Positions 25,822 through 36,359 of a DNA stretch of 64,000 nt are shown one piece after another. The translations under genes were made by a program, and so were the position numbers. How positions within the stretch are numbered: position 1 is the stretch's first letter; the number at the start of each line of letters is the position of its first letter. The notes beneath the pieces were generated by a model. That model saw only the letters and a list, made by a program, of their open reading frames with translations. It was not told the DNA's origin and did no database searches. This DNA comes from Lama glama (Eukaryota): the NCBI GenBank assembly GCA_028534125.1, contig CM052818.1, forward strand, positions 42,782,001-42,846,000, written 5' to 3'.

Positions 25822-28099
25822 GCTCATTAATATACTTTTAATTTAAAAAAATAAATGCAATATATGTTATTTCTACAGGATTTTTTTTTTTAACAAAGGG
25901 ATATACTTTAGGAATAACAGTGTTTCAGAGCTGGTTTGTTTAGAGTATATGTAGGCTCCCTTCTTACCATACACCCAACATTTTTTTTTCCTTAACTACA
26001 AAATGGGAGACAAAGCACCCTTTGGGGTAAACATATTCTTTTTTTTTTTCAGTAGTTTGCTTTTCAGAATCACTCTCCAAAGTAGAGAAAGGCTGAGGGT
26101 CTAGCCTAAGGATAGCTTTCTTTACCAGTGGTAGGACCGACCACCAGCTCAGCCATACTCAACATCATGAAAGTTATCATGGGAAGCTCTGTTCGAGGAT
26201 AATGAAAACCAAAACGAAATTCCTGACCCTTCTTCAAATGTCAGGAGGCTTTTGGCTTAATTTCTAGAACTCTGAGAAAATCCAGAGATATCTTCTTCAC
26301 TCATAATAAAAGTCAAGTCTGCTCAAGTCATCTTCGAAGAGAACGTCTATCTTCTTGGTTTCACTCTCACAGTTAATAAAGTCCTAAAAACATACACGTT
26401 TTTCAGCATAAAAGTCTGAGATAATATCTTGATAATATCCTCTTCACGATGCACTAGGAGTAGAATTATTCTGCCACTGGTTATTATTAATATTGACCAA
26501 CAGATTATAAATAATTATTTCAGGAGGAATGTGAGGACCTGTGCAGACCTGTTAAGTTTCCTTTGAAGCCTGTATTTTACTATTGAGAATTTGTAGGTGT
26601 TTTGTCATCAGCCCAATCCTTAATAGACCAGTATAGTAATGTGTGCTACTTTGGCTGCCAGACTCTTCTTTTTATTGCTAATCTAGTCTCAGCAAGTATA
26701 AAGCTGATAAGCCATCCCTCTGTTACAGTGAGCCTCTTAGTAAGAGCAAAAATCAGATTACCTGCCATCAGAGGAAGTAAATCTTCATCTTAAGTGTGAG
26801 AGACTGATACAGTTCTTTTGCTAAAGCCCGCCCCCCTGCCCCCACCCCGTGAGTGACAGGTAGGAGACAAAATATCAAGGAGTCCTCTTGGAACAAATGC
26901 TTACAATGGTATTTAATACAGCAGAGAGCCAAGATACAGTAGGAGGACACAGTAAAGAATGTGGAGTGTGTAGATACAATAAAGAATTTCGGTTGATGAT
27001 CTGCCATCTGATAACTTGAAAGAGGAATAAGTAAGGTAAATAAATGATTTTCAGTTCGCCCTACATGCAAAGGTAAGTTCCATATTACAAAAGTTTTCCT
27101 GTTGTATGTGCTGAAAGGAAAGCATATGCATTTAAACATTTTTAAAAAATAAATCACTCAATAGGCTTAAGAAAAATACTCTAGTTCATCTTTCATTGAT
27201 CTGACCTTTTAAATTCAAGATCAGGGGATGAATCCAGGAGGAAAACCAAACCAAACCAAAACAAAACAAAACAGAAATGAATCACTTTACCATGAAAAAG
27301 GCATTTCCAGTCTCAGCTAACCTCAACTAGTTTTTATTGCATTATTTTTGAAATGCCAGGAAACTGGCTTTGGCCATAATATTTTCGATCCAACTAAATC
27401 ACAGCTGTCAATACGCAATTGCTTGCAACAATTAGCTAAACACCATTATTTGACAAGATCCCTTGAAAGGGACGTAGATGCTGTGGGTGTCTAACACACA
27501 CAGAATCAAGTAACAGTTAGTCAGGCTGAGGCTGCAGCACAGGGGGAGAAGTTGGTAAGTCCTTGCCCAAGGAAAGGGTGTCAGTCAGCCTTAATTTTTG
27601 AAAAAAAAAAAATTCATCCTGATTCTAGAAGTTCTTTCCGGTTTTCAGGAATAAATTGTGGAATTGGCTAAAGAGGAGGGGGAAAAGCCACCAACGCCAC
27701 ATTCGTTGTTTTGTTTTGTTTTGTTTTTAAGATGGAGGAAAGGAAGAAAATTAAAAACGCAAATGTGGAATGGTGATGGTATACAATATGGAAAAAGGCA
27801 GCATCATGGAACCTGCTAGCAAACTTCCACCAAAGCAGTAAACCCCTCAACTGACAGAAATTCAGCACAAAATACACATTGATTAACAACTCCACCATTA
27901 CTAGGGCTATTTAAGCCCTCCGCCCCCACAAAAAAAAAATCAAGTACAGTATTTGAAAACAGAATTCTCATAAGATTCGAGAAAAATAGAGTGAAAAGGC
28001 AATGTTAGCTAAGCTCTTAGCTAAATCCGCTCTTAATGGCCCCCAGTATTTAAACTATCATGGATTAAAGCCATGAAAATAAAAATTTCAATTTGAAAT

Positions 28100-28105
28100 T
28101 TTATT
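28100..28105 (-). terminator. Candidate proximal polyadenylation signal of LRATD1
   Basis: AATAAA on minus ~1.1 kb after the stop, followed by U-rich sequence; a second AATAAA lies at 28197-28192. Confidence 0.55.
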
Positions 28106-29217
28106 AGCATGTTGCTAAAATGGTCAATAAAAACATCAACACGATAAGCTTTGTTGACATAGTTGGAAAACTGCTCTCTAGCTTTTAAAACTTTATTTCC
28201 ACTTTCCGCCTTCGAAGATTTCTATGTTAGGAAAAGCCAAACTAAATATACTGGCTATGGTGTTGTAATGATGCTGGTTTCTGGAATGTTGCCATGCCTT
28301 CCCCCTCCCTCTCCTCCAACTCCTTTAAAAATTTGGTTATTTTTGAAACGCGGCCCCAGGAGGGAGCAACCTAAGGTTAAAAACAAGCGCCCTCGGCACA
28401 AATTCAAGTTCTCAGACACCAGGTGAACCTTCTCCTTGCCGGGGGGCGGGGCCGACTCTGATCATCAAATTAGCTGCGCCATTTTCCTCCGGGGACCAGG
28501 GAGGCTTCCCTTCTACCAGCGAGGGAGACTCACAGGCAAAGGCGGGTGGGGGATGGCGTTCGCTTCCTTCAGTGGAAAGAATAGGAAGCAAACACTGTGT
28601 AGCTTAGCCCGGAGACTGGAATACAGTGTCACGAGACCAGGGGCTGGAGAGCTGGAAAAGTCCCGGGCAGCCTCGGGAGGACTCGGAGTCCCAAAGTGCT
28701 CTCTTGTGGAATTATTCCCAAGTGCATAAGGGACAGGCTTGATTTCTTGGAAATCCTGCAATCTGGGGACAAATCCATACAGGAGCTGAACTGTGCCCCG
28801 AAAAGATCAGTTCTCACCTCCCACCGGTCTGTGCGTGCGCGTTTGGAGCGGTCCCTTTCTAGTAGGTCGGGTGAGAGTCACTGATTAGTGACTCGTGGGA
28901 GAGGCCTGGTCCCTGCTCCCCTCAGCCCATTCTTCTCTCCCCACTTACAACTCAAGGGGAGAGCGCACGCTGGCTCGCCCGACACCGTCACCACCACTGG
29001 GGGCCTCAGCCCGGCGCGCAAAGCCCTTTCAGTCCCGGGGCCAGGTCCTGAGACTTCCTGCCACTTGATGGAGGGGTGCGAGGCTGCAGCCTGGCCACTG
29101 GGCACTCGAGGAGGGGCGGGGGGCGTGAATCTCCGGCCTAGAAGCCCGGGTGCGGGGGAGGGAGCGGGGCGCCGGGAGACTGGAGGGGCAGGCGCCCCCC
29201 CCCCCCATCCCAGCAGG

Positions 29218-30096
29218 CTACTCCTTGTCGTCCACGAGGTCGGCGAGCTCCTGGAGTACACGCAGGCGGCCGCTGGCGTCGATGCGGCGCTTCTCGTGGA
29301 TGAGGTCTTCCAGGCTGTGAAACCTGGCCGTGTGCACCTTGTTCTCACCCAGGTGCACCTTGAGATAGTACTGCTGCTGCGGGGGCTGCGTGCCGGCCGG
29401 CACCTCCCCTCCCGCCTTAAACTCCCGCTTGCCGAAGCGGCACCAGGCGGCGAAGCTCTCCGAGTTCGTCCAGCAGATCTCCTCGCTCTTGAGGCCCAGG
29501 TGGCCGCAGGCGTTCTGCACCACCAGCTCGGCCACCAGCGGGCGGTAGCGGTACCAGCTATTCACCACCCGGCCCACGTTGGCCGCGCCCGCCTCGTACA
29601 GGCTGTCCTGGCGGATCTCGCCTTGGTGCAGGTGGATGATCTGCCCGCCGCCCACGTAGACGGCCCAGTGCGGGGCGGGCGCGGGCGGCTCCGGCGCGGG
29701 CTGCAGCCACAGCAGCTCCAGCAGGTCGCCGGGCTCGCAGAGCGCGGGCAGTGCGGTGACCGCGTAGACACTCAAGTCGGCGCCCTGCGGGCCGCCGCTC
29801 ACTTTGGAAAAGATGCATTCCTGGCCCCGAAAGGCGGAGAACTGAGTTTCGTTGAGGACCAGCTGGTGCAGCAGGTGGTGGTGGTGGCGGCTGGGGCTCT
29901 CTGGGCAGGGAGTGCAGCCCGGGGGGGCCTTCACGCCAAACTTGTCGGGCTGGCCGCGTTCGTCCAGGTCCTCCTCCTCATCTGAGAAGAAGTAGGCGAC
30001 CCCGACCCGCAGCTCGTCCTTCTCGATCCCGGATGGGTCCCCTGTGGGCAACTCGCTGTAGTTGAGGTGGGTGATGCGGTCCAGTTGGTTGCCCAT
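29218..30096 (-). CDS. LRATD1: LRAT domain-containing protein 1 (FAM84A/NSE1), 292 aa, single coding exon
   Basis: ATG at 30096 to TAG at 29220-29218 gives 879 nt. Translation MGNQLDRITHLNYSELPTGDPSGIEKDELRVG...HWAVYVGGGQIIHL...CWTNSESFAAWCRFGKREFK...LADLVDDKE matches the mammalian FAM84A sequence as I recall it (the paralog FAM84B starts MGNQVEKLTHL). It has LRAT/NlpC-P60 H-box and NC-box motifs and an N-terminal MG myristoylation-type start. Confidence 0.97.
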   Translation of the reverse strand: MGNQLDRITHLNYSELPTGDPSGIEKDELRVGVAYFFSDEEEDLDERGQPDKFGVKAPPGCTPCPESPSRHHHHLLHQLVLNETQFSAFRGQECIFSKVSGGPQGADLSVYAVTALPALCEPGDLLELLWLQPAPEPPAPAPHWAVYVGGGQIIHLHQGEIRQDSLYEAGAANVGRVVNSWYRYRPLVAELVVQNACGHLGLKSEEICWTNSESFAAWCRFGKREFKAGGEVPAGTQPPQQQYYLKVHLGENKVHTARFHSLEDLIHEKRRIDASGRLRVLQELADLVDDKE

Positions 30097-30132
30097 CAAT
30101 GACGCGGCGAGGCGAGGGCCAGGAGCCGGGAT

Positions 30133-30169
30133 CTGCGGAAGCACAGAGGAGAGGCAGAGACACGGTCAG
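30133..30169 (-). other. LRATD1: Splice acceptor of LRATD1 coding exon (exon starts at 30132; 36 nt 5'UTR before ATG)
   Basis: Minus strand reads CTGACC (branch-point-like, A at 30166), then GTGTCTCTGCCTCTCCTCTGTGCTTCCGCAG|ATCCCG: polypyrimidine tract plus CAG. Confidence 0.85.
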
Positions 30170-31051
30170 AGTCCGGCTGCCCCTGCCCAGGACAAGCAGC
30201 GTCCCTGCGACCCGGCCGCCCGAGCGCCTCTACTGGAGTAAACCGCGCCAGCCGAGCACCCCGTGCCAATCTGGGGCCAGGACCCTCACAGAAACCACCA
30301 GTCCGGCGGGCGAGAGCTGCACGCCACCACAAAGCCTCGGACCCTGTACGGGAATCTGGTCCAACTCCCACAAGAGAAAAGGCAGGAGGGCTGGAGGCCG
30401 TATGGGGTCCCAGTGGGGAGCACAGCGCGGATTGTGGCATCTTGGGAGTCGGGACACTCAGGAAAGGACGGAGGGTTAGGTTGGGAGAAAGAAGGGGCTA
30501 CTCAGGCCCCAGAGCTTGGATCAAGCTGCGCTCATATTTCTACCCCCACCCTCTCCAGCCCACCTCTCTGGTTTACACTAGATCACACTCCTCCCCGACA
30601 GCGCCTCGCACAATAACAGTCAGACACATTCGCAGGCACTCACTTGACATCAGCAAAATTTTGCACACTTGAATCCACTCACTGGCGGGTACACTCGTGT
30701 GATAATGTCACATACACACACAATGACAAACCTTCGCGACGACACACTCAGACTCCCACATTCCTACACAATTCCAACCCCATGCTTGCACGCTCGCCAG
30801 TGCACGTACACCCACGCACCCGGACACACCTGCCCACATAGGCAGGCACGCTCTGCCCCTTAGTTCTCTTGCCTTCTGCCCAGCAGAGCCAATCTGGCTG
30901 CGCCAGGGCGAGGCTGCTCTGTCTAAAATAACCTAACAAAGAGGCAAGGGAAGGATGGGGGAAGCCAGTGCGGTGTATGTATATGCGCGGGTGTGCGTGT
31001 GGGTTGTGTAGCGAGGTCCACTTTCAGCCAAAAGACCCCTCTCCCTCCTAC

Positions 31052-31375
31052 CCGGCACAGGGTCCAGACAATCGGAGGAAGAAAACACGTTTCCAAGGCA
31101 AAGAAAGCTGACTCTTCGTACCCGTGATTTCCCTGCTCCCGAAACCCCAAACTCCTTTAAAGTCTCCTGGTCCCCATGGGTGCTGTGGAGGTGGTGATGG
31201 CGAGCGGGTCCTGGGCGGCGAGTGGGGCTGCGGCTCAGCTCTGCCCCGCGCGGATCGGTGCGGTGCGGTTCTCGGCGCGGTGCCCGTGCGCCTGCCCGTC
31301 CGCGCTGGCAGGGGAGCCTGCTCCACCTGGGCAGTCCCGACTCCGTTCTGCTTTCCTTCAGCCCAGCGGACGGCT
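31052..31375 (-). other. LRATD1: Putative non-coding exon 1 of LRATD1 (boundaries uncertain)
   Basis: GC-rich segment just downstream of the CCAAT/GC-box cluster. Candidate donors are CGG|GTACGA (GT at 31121-31120) and CGG|GTAGGA (GT at 31051-31050). The TSS is inferred, not seen. Confidence 0.5.
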
Positions 31376-31620
31376 CTAAGTAGCCTGAGCAGCGGCTTCC
31401 AGGGCCCGCCCTAGGACGCGCTGATTGGTTGGGGCTGGTGCCCAGGCCTTGTCAATCTCCGCTGGAGTGGGGGTGGGGGACGCAGGGGCGGGTCTCCAGC
31501 GTGCGCTCCGCCCCGCCCCGCCCCGCCCCGCCCCGCCCTGCCCCCGCGCACCCGAGCGCGCGCCGCCCCCGGGAGCGGAGGTGTGAGCGCCGGCCGGGAG
31601 CGCGCGAGGGGTTGGGCGCT
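31376..31620 (-). promoter_or_regulatory. LRATD1 core/proximal promoter: CCAAT box plus tandem Sp/KLF GC boxes
   Basis: AACCAATCAG on minus (CCAAT at 31428-31424); (GGGGC)5 perfect array 31511-31535 with flanking degenerate copies; very high CpG density. Confidence 0.8.
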
Positions 31621-34039
31621 TCTGTACGGCGCCTCTGCGCGCTTCCATCCGCGCCTCGCGGCTGCTCCAGCTGTTGGGAACTGTGCCCACCGTCCGCCCG
31701 AGTTCTGGGTTCTGGGAGAACAGACTCCAGCAATGTAGCTGAGTCTGCGGGTGGAGAAGCCCCAGTGCACCCCGGCACGTTGGGCGGCCCGGGGCCGGGA
31801 GCGACATTGTCAGAGACGGGTACCTGGGACTCTCCTGGGGCCCCTGGAGCCTTGGTTCCCGATCGCCCCTGGGCTGGTCCTTGGCGCACAGACTTTTTCC
31901 AGCCTGGCAACGACGCCTTTGAAATTGCGCCTTTGCTCCTGCAATCTTCGGCTCGTCTCCTTTGACCCGTGTGAAACTGCTGACCCAGCACTGGCCTCTG
32001 GTTTAAAAAAAAGCGCGGTGTCAAATGCGACTGAGAAGTCGGAGCCTTGGCCAACCCCCTCCCGGACTGGGCCTGTAATATTGGCCTGCAGTTGTCTGTC
32101 TGTGAAAGGGGTGCATCACGAATACCGACATACTATTGTTTTCCAGCTCCCAGAACTGCCTTTGCTAAGGGATTTTTGTTTGGTTTTGTGGGAGGAGAGT
32201 GTCCAGCAGGAATTAATGATCGCTTTTCTGGATGGAAAGTTAATGAATGTGCCCTGGATACTGGATGCTGCAAGATGACTTTCATAGATGTGAAGTTCTA
32301 GATAAATCGTTTAAAAAGCTTATAGCGTTAAGCCTTGAAGAGTTCTTAGACCATTGGTTCTACTTTCAAGGCTGGGTTCCAGCAGCTTCTTGGTGGAATC
32401 TACTTTTTCCCCAGGGAGAACTGAATGCTTCCTCTGTGTGTCCCCTTGGCCACTGGTGCAAACTCCTAGAGGTCTCACCCCATTTTATTGCAAACCTATG
32501 TCGTGACTTTCTTCCTCTTTCCAAAGTGAATGCCTTGAAGATTGGCTTGAGCTCTACACAGCTTTATATTTTGGGCCTTTTTATCAATACTTGGTGTAGA
32601 ATGGACTCCATTAGCAATAATGAAAATGAAAACAGACAAGGTTTATTGACCACTTACAAGCTGCTATTTGCTAGCCTTTAGAGATTTAAGTAGATGACTT
32701 AATCTTCATGCCTCTGTAGGGGATTTACTAATATACCCCCACAGCAACAAATGAGGAAACTGAGGTCCAAATCTCAGTGCCAGCAGTCTACCCAGGGTCT
32801 ATGGGACTTCAGGACCAGTCTTTAACCTGGCTATGTTGTTTGCTGAATGAACAAAATCTTGTTTCATAAGGTAAGAAAACTTGTGTTCCAGAGAAGTTAG
32901 CTGATTGGCCCAAGGTTACACGAGGACCGATGTATATTATAAAAGCCTTAATTATTTTTTTTGGTAGATGATTCTGCTTAAGTATTTTCAAATTACAAGG
33001 TCACCAATTCTTGTTCCAAAGGTCTCTGTATATCCCATAGCCTCCAAAAATGCAATGATTTAGCAAATTAGATGCTTAATAAGTATTGCTGGAAAAAATG
33101 ACTTGAAAATGACCATCTGTATACACTTGATGTGCATAAATCTTTTCAAAAATGTGGCTAATGCTCATGTGCAAGTTACGAGACTACAAGTTGCCAGCCT
33201 TGGAACTGACCACAGGTTGTGATGGTCTTTTTTTATACTTGCTATGAATAATAAACAACTCATTTTGGCCCTGAAGTCAAGAGAACTGAACAAGTGGCTT
33301 CAGAAATCAAGAAGAGAGTTATTGGCCTGGTTATAAACTGGACTTCAGGGATCTCTGGGAGAAGTATCTGAAGAGCTCATTACTGGTGTCTGAGAGGAAC
33401 TCACTGAAAGTAGCTCACGGCTTGATGCTGAATAACTTTTTTTCTTTTCAATCCTCTGTCCCTCCCAAGTTCAAATCTTGTGCACAGACACTTACAACAT
33501 TTTGTGTGGGATGCTGCGTCCTGTACTGCCTGTCCTGTTCCATACTGCTCCAGGCCGCAGAGTAAGCTGACTGCTCTTTCTTAGTGTTGCTCAGTTTCCC
33601 AGCATTGAAAAGGATAATTAACATAAATTGTTGTCAGGGCTTTGAGATACAGTGCCGAAAGTTTAAAAGATCAATATGCGAGGTTTTGGATTTCCTTTCC
33701 ATCCCTCCCCCTTGCCAGGTTAAAGGCTTACTGCCTTTGTAACCACAAGGGAGAATAAATGCCCTGAGAACCCCCTGGAAATAGAAGGCAGAGACACAGA
33801 CTCTAAGGCACGGGAAAGAAAAAGTTAAAAGTCAACTAAGGAAAGTGCATCTACTCTGTTTAGTCTTTTGGCAGTTACAAAGATGATAACATAAGAAATA
33901 GGCCAATCAGATGCCCACATTAGAAAACCCAACTTTTATTTTCATCGCAAACTATTGTTTGCCCATAGGTTCGTCTGTTATTTCTCACCCCATCCTGCCT
34001 TCTTTCACAGTGAGGAAATAGTGCCACCCGAAGCAGAAT

Positions 34040-34275
34040 ACAATCATCAAAAGAGCAAACTCCGGAAGCCAGCTACTGTAGCTTGAATCCTACTTCACCA
34101 TTTTGGATCTGGGTGGCTTTGAGTCAGTTAACTTAATTTTTCAGGGCGTCAGTGTCTTCGTCTGTAAATTGTAGGCCAAATGGTATCTATATCATTGAGT
34201 TGTTGTGAGTTCATGCAGGCAAGTATGCTTGATACACAGTAAGGTTTCGATCAGTGTTGCCCATTATTAATATTG
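34040..34275 (+). mobile_element. MIR
   Basis: AAGAGCAAACTCCGGAAGCCAG...TTGAATCC...TCAGTGTCTTCGTCTGTAAA...GAGTTGTTGTGAG. Confidence 0.65.
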
Positions 34276-35696
34276 TTGTTGCTGGAAGAGGGGAGAGGGT
34301 CCCATGTTCTAGCTGTTATGACAGCTGTTCAGTTCTTTCTCTCCTTTGCCCCAGGCAAGAGCTAACCCGAGATGGGGGTCCAAGGCTGTTCTTGGCTGAG
34401 GTGTGACTGCCCTGAGATTGTTTCAAGGTCTGCAGCTCTGTATAGATCTCTGGATGCGAGTCCTGGGGCTGGTTACATCCTGGGTCACAGAGTATTTCGA
34501 ATTGTTTTAAAATGAACCTTTCATGGTGTGAGGCACTTGTACGGACAGTGGTGAGCAGAGGAGTCATTAGGAGTCAGTTACATGTATGTTACCTTTTCTG
34601 CTGGTGCCCTCGGTGCATCCTTCTCCTTCTTTTCCTCTTGGTTCCTTCTGCAGCACTGTGTGAAAGACTTTCTCCCAAATTTCCCTGACCAGGTCCTTGG
34701 CCCAAACTGTCATCTTTTAAAATTGACCCTCTCGGTAAGTGTTCAGAAGGAATGTTCATTCTCTTCATCTGCTTTGTATCATTGCTTAGTAAATTTTTTT
34801 TTTCTGCTTTTAATCGTAAGCAGTCCTTCGTTTGTTAGTTTCTTCCTTTCTGTCACACCTCAAAATCTACTGAAATTTCTGGAAGAAAACTTTCCTTTGG
34901 TTAGCAGGGCTCTTTATGTGACTCAGAAAGGTGGTAACCTCCCAGGAGATGAAAATGTCTGTTCCCCTTTTCTTGTGTCGGTGAAAGAGGGTTGCCGTTG
35001 GTGGTTGTGATTGCAACCTAATTAGAGGTAGGAGTAAATAATCTCATTCTCTTGAGTGACATATTTTGTCGTCTGTGCTCCCTCTAGGTTTTAAGATGAA
35101 TGAGGTCAGGAGTCATGTCTCTTGCTCATTTTATCTTCTGCTGCAAGCACGAGGCGTGACGTGGAGTATGCACTTAACCCAGCTTTGTTACATCACACAG
35201 AACAAATGGACAAATGAATCTAGATTACTTCCAGCTATCATGTCAGTGTGATTTTTCTATTCTATTGTTTTGTTATATGAACCTCTGGTTCTTTAGTTCA
35301 ACAATTTTAAGCCAAATGTATTTCAAATGTATACAAGTATTGTTCAGTAAAGCTGCCTATTTAATCAAATGCCCTTTCTAGCATTCAGCCTTTAAGGAAC
35401 TGTCCCTTCCCCTGTCCTTGACTGTCTTAGGCAGTCAGTGTACTCACCCTGCCATCTTCTAAACACTCTGTACCCACTTGGGACAGAGACAGTGCAATGG
35501 CCTCACCGACCCCATTTCCTTTCCTTCTGGGCTCACAGCAGAATCACATGTCCCTCTTTCCGTGCATTCGGTGGTACCATGTGATGGAGTCCAGCCAGTG
35601 GAATGTGAGTAAGATCCCAGGCTCTGTGCCAGATGTAATGAAACTTCATCTCAGGATGGGCACTAGAAATCTTAAACAATCTCCCCAAGCATCCTA

Positions 35697-35833
35697 TATT
35701 TTATTTATTTTTTGAGTTTTTTTTTTAAATGAAGGTACTGGAGATTGAACCCAGAACCTCATGCATGCTAACCATTTGCTCTACCACTGAGCTATACCTA
35801 CCTACCCCCCCTTTTTTTTAATACTTTATTTTT
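35697..35833 (-). mobile_element. tRNA-derived camelid SINE (Vic-1-like)
   Basis: GGTACTGGAGATTGAACCCAGAACCTCATGCATGCTAA...TCTACCACTGAGCTATACC; TSD TCCCCAAGCAT(C/T)CTA at 35682-35696 and 35834-35848. Confidence 0.85.
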
Positions 35834-36359
35834 TCCCCAAGCATTCTAGATGCAGCATAATCATCGATGGTCAAGCTCTACTTAAATGTAGGAAATTATT
35901 CTTGATCTCTTGAGAGAGCCAGCCCTGGAAGAGTAGGTACTTAATACATACTTGAAATTAGGTTTTCCAGAATTTCTGTGGTCCTTTGCCAACAGAAGTG
36001 AGCCTCCTTTCAGACTGCCCTTACTAAGGTGGTAAATGTGCATGCTTACATTCAAAAGTGTGTGAAGTCAGGTGGTTTTTCTCTTGCTGTATGATAGTTG
36101 TGGGGCAAAGCTGAGGGTTTCTGTCTCCCTTCCGTTGTTTGGACTCCCATGCTCCAGTCCACTGGGATAAGAGGCTGTGGTTTGAGCAGACACCTGAGTG
36201 AACAAGGAAAATCTCTGCTCCCAGAGGGTGCATTCCTCATTTGGCTGTTGATCGATGTGACTGATGATGAAAATCCTGGGTTGGTCCTTGGTATTACTTC
36301 TGAATTCCCTTCCTATGACTGTTCCTTTTCTGGCCCCATTCCTCTCAAAGACCAGTTCA

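Larger units (their letters stand above)
28370..32070. promoter_or_regulatory. CpG island covering LRATD1 promoter, intron and CDS
   Basis: Visibly high GC and CpG content (densest ~28830-30430 and ~30970-32070) against CpG-depleted flanks. Confidence 0.9.

Noticed and set aside
28888..29985. 365-aa plus-strand ORF antisense to LRATD1
   Set aside because: In-register antisense shadow of a GC3-rich CDS, which is naturally stop-poor; no recognisable domain.
30094..30098. TGATG stop-start overlap at the LRATD1 start
   Set aside because: No ATG-initiated upstream ORF in the predicted spliced 5'UTR ends here; the ORF-track ORF that does so starts in the intron.
30097..30144. 16-aa N-terminal extension (MLPQIPAPG...) in the ORF track
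   Set aside because: Starts at a GTG inside the intron polypyrimidine tract; the conserved protein begins MGNQ at 30096, and an extension would block N-myristoylation.
31048..32278. Multiple 90-200 aa overlapping ORFs in the promoter CpG island
   Set aside because: Low-complexity R/G/P/A translations expected from very GC-rich DNA.
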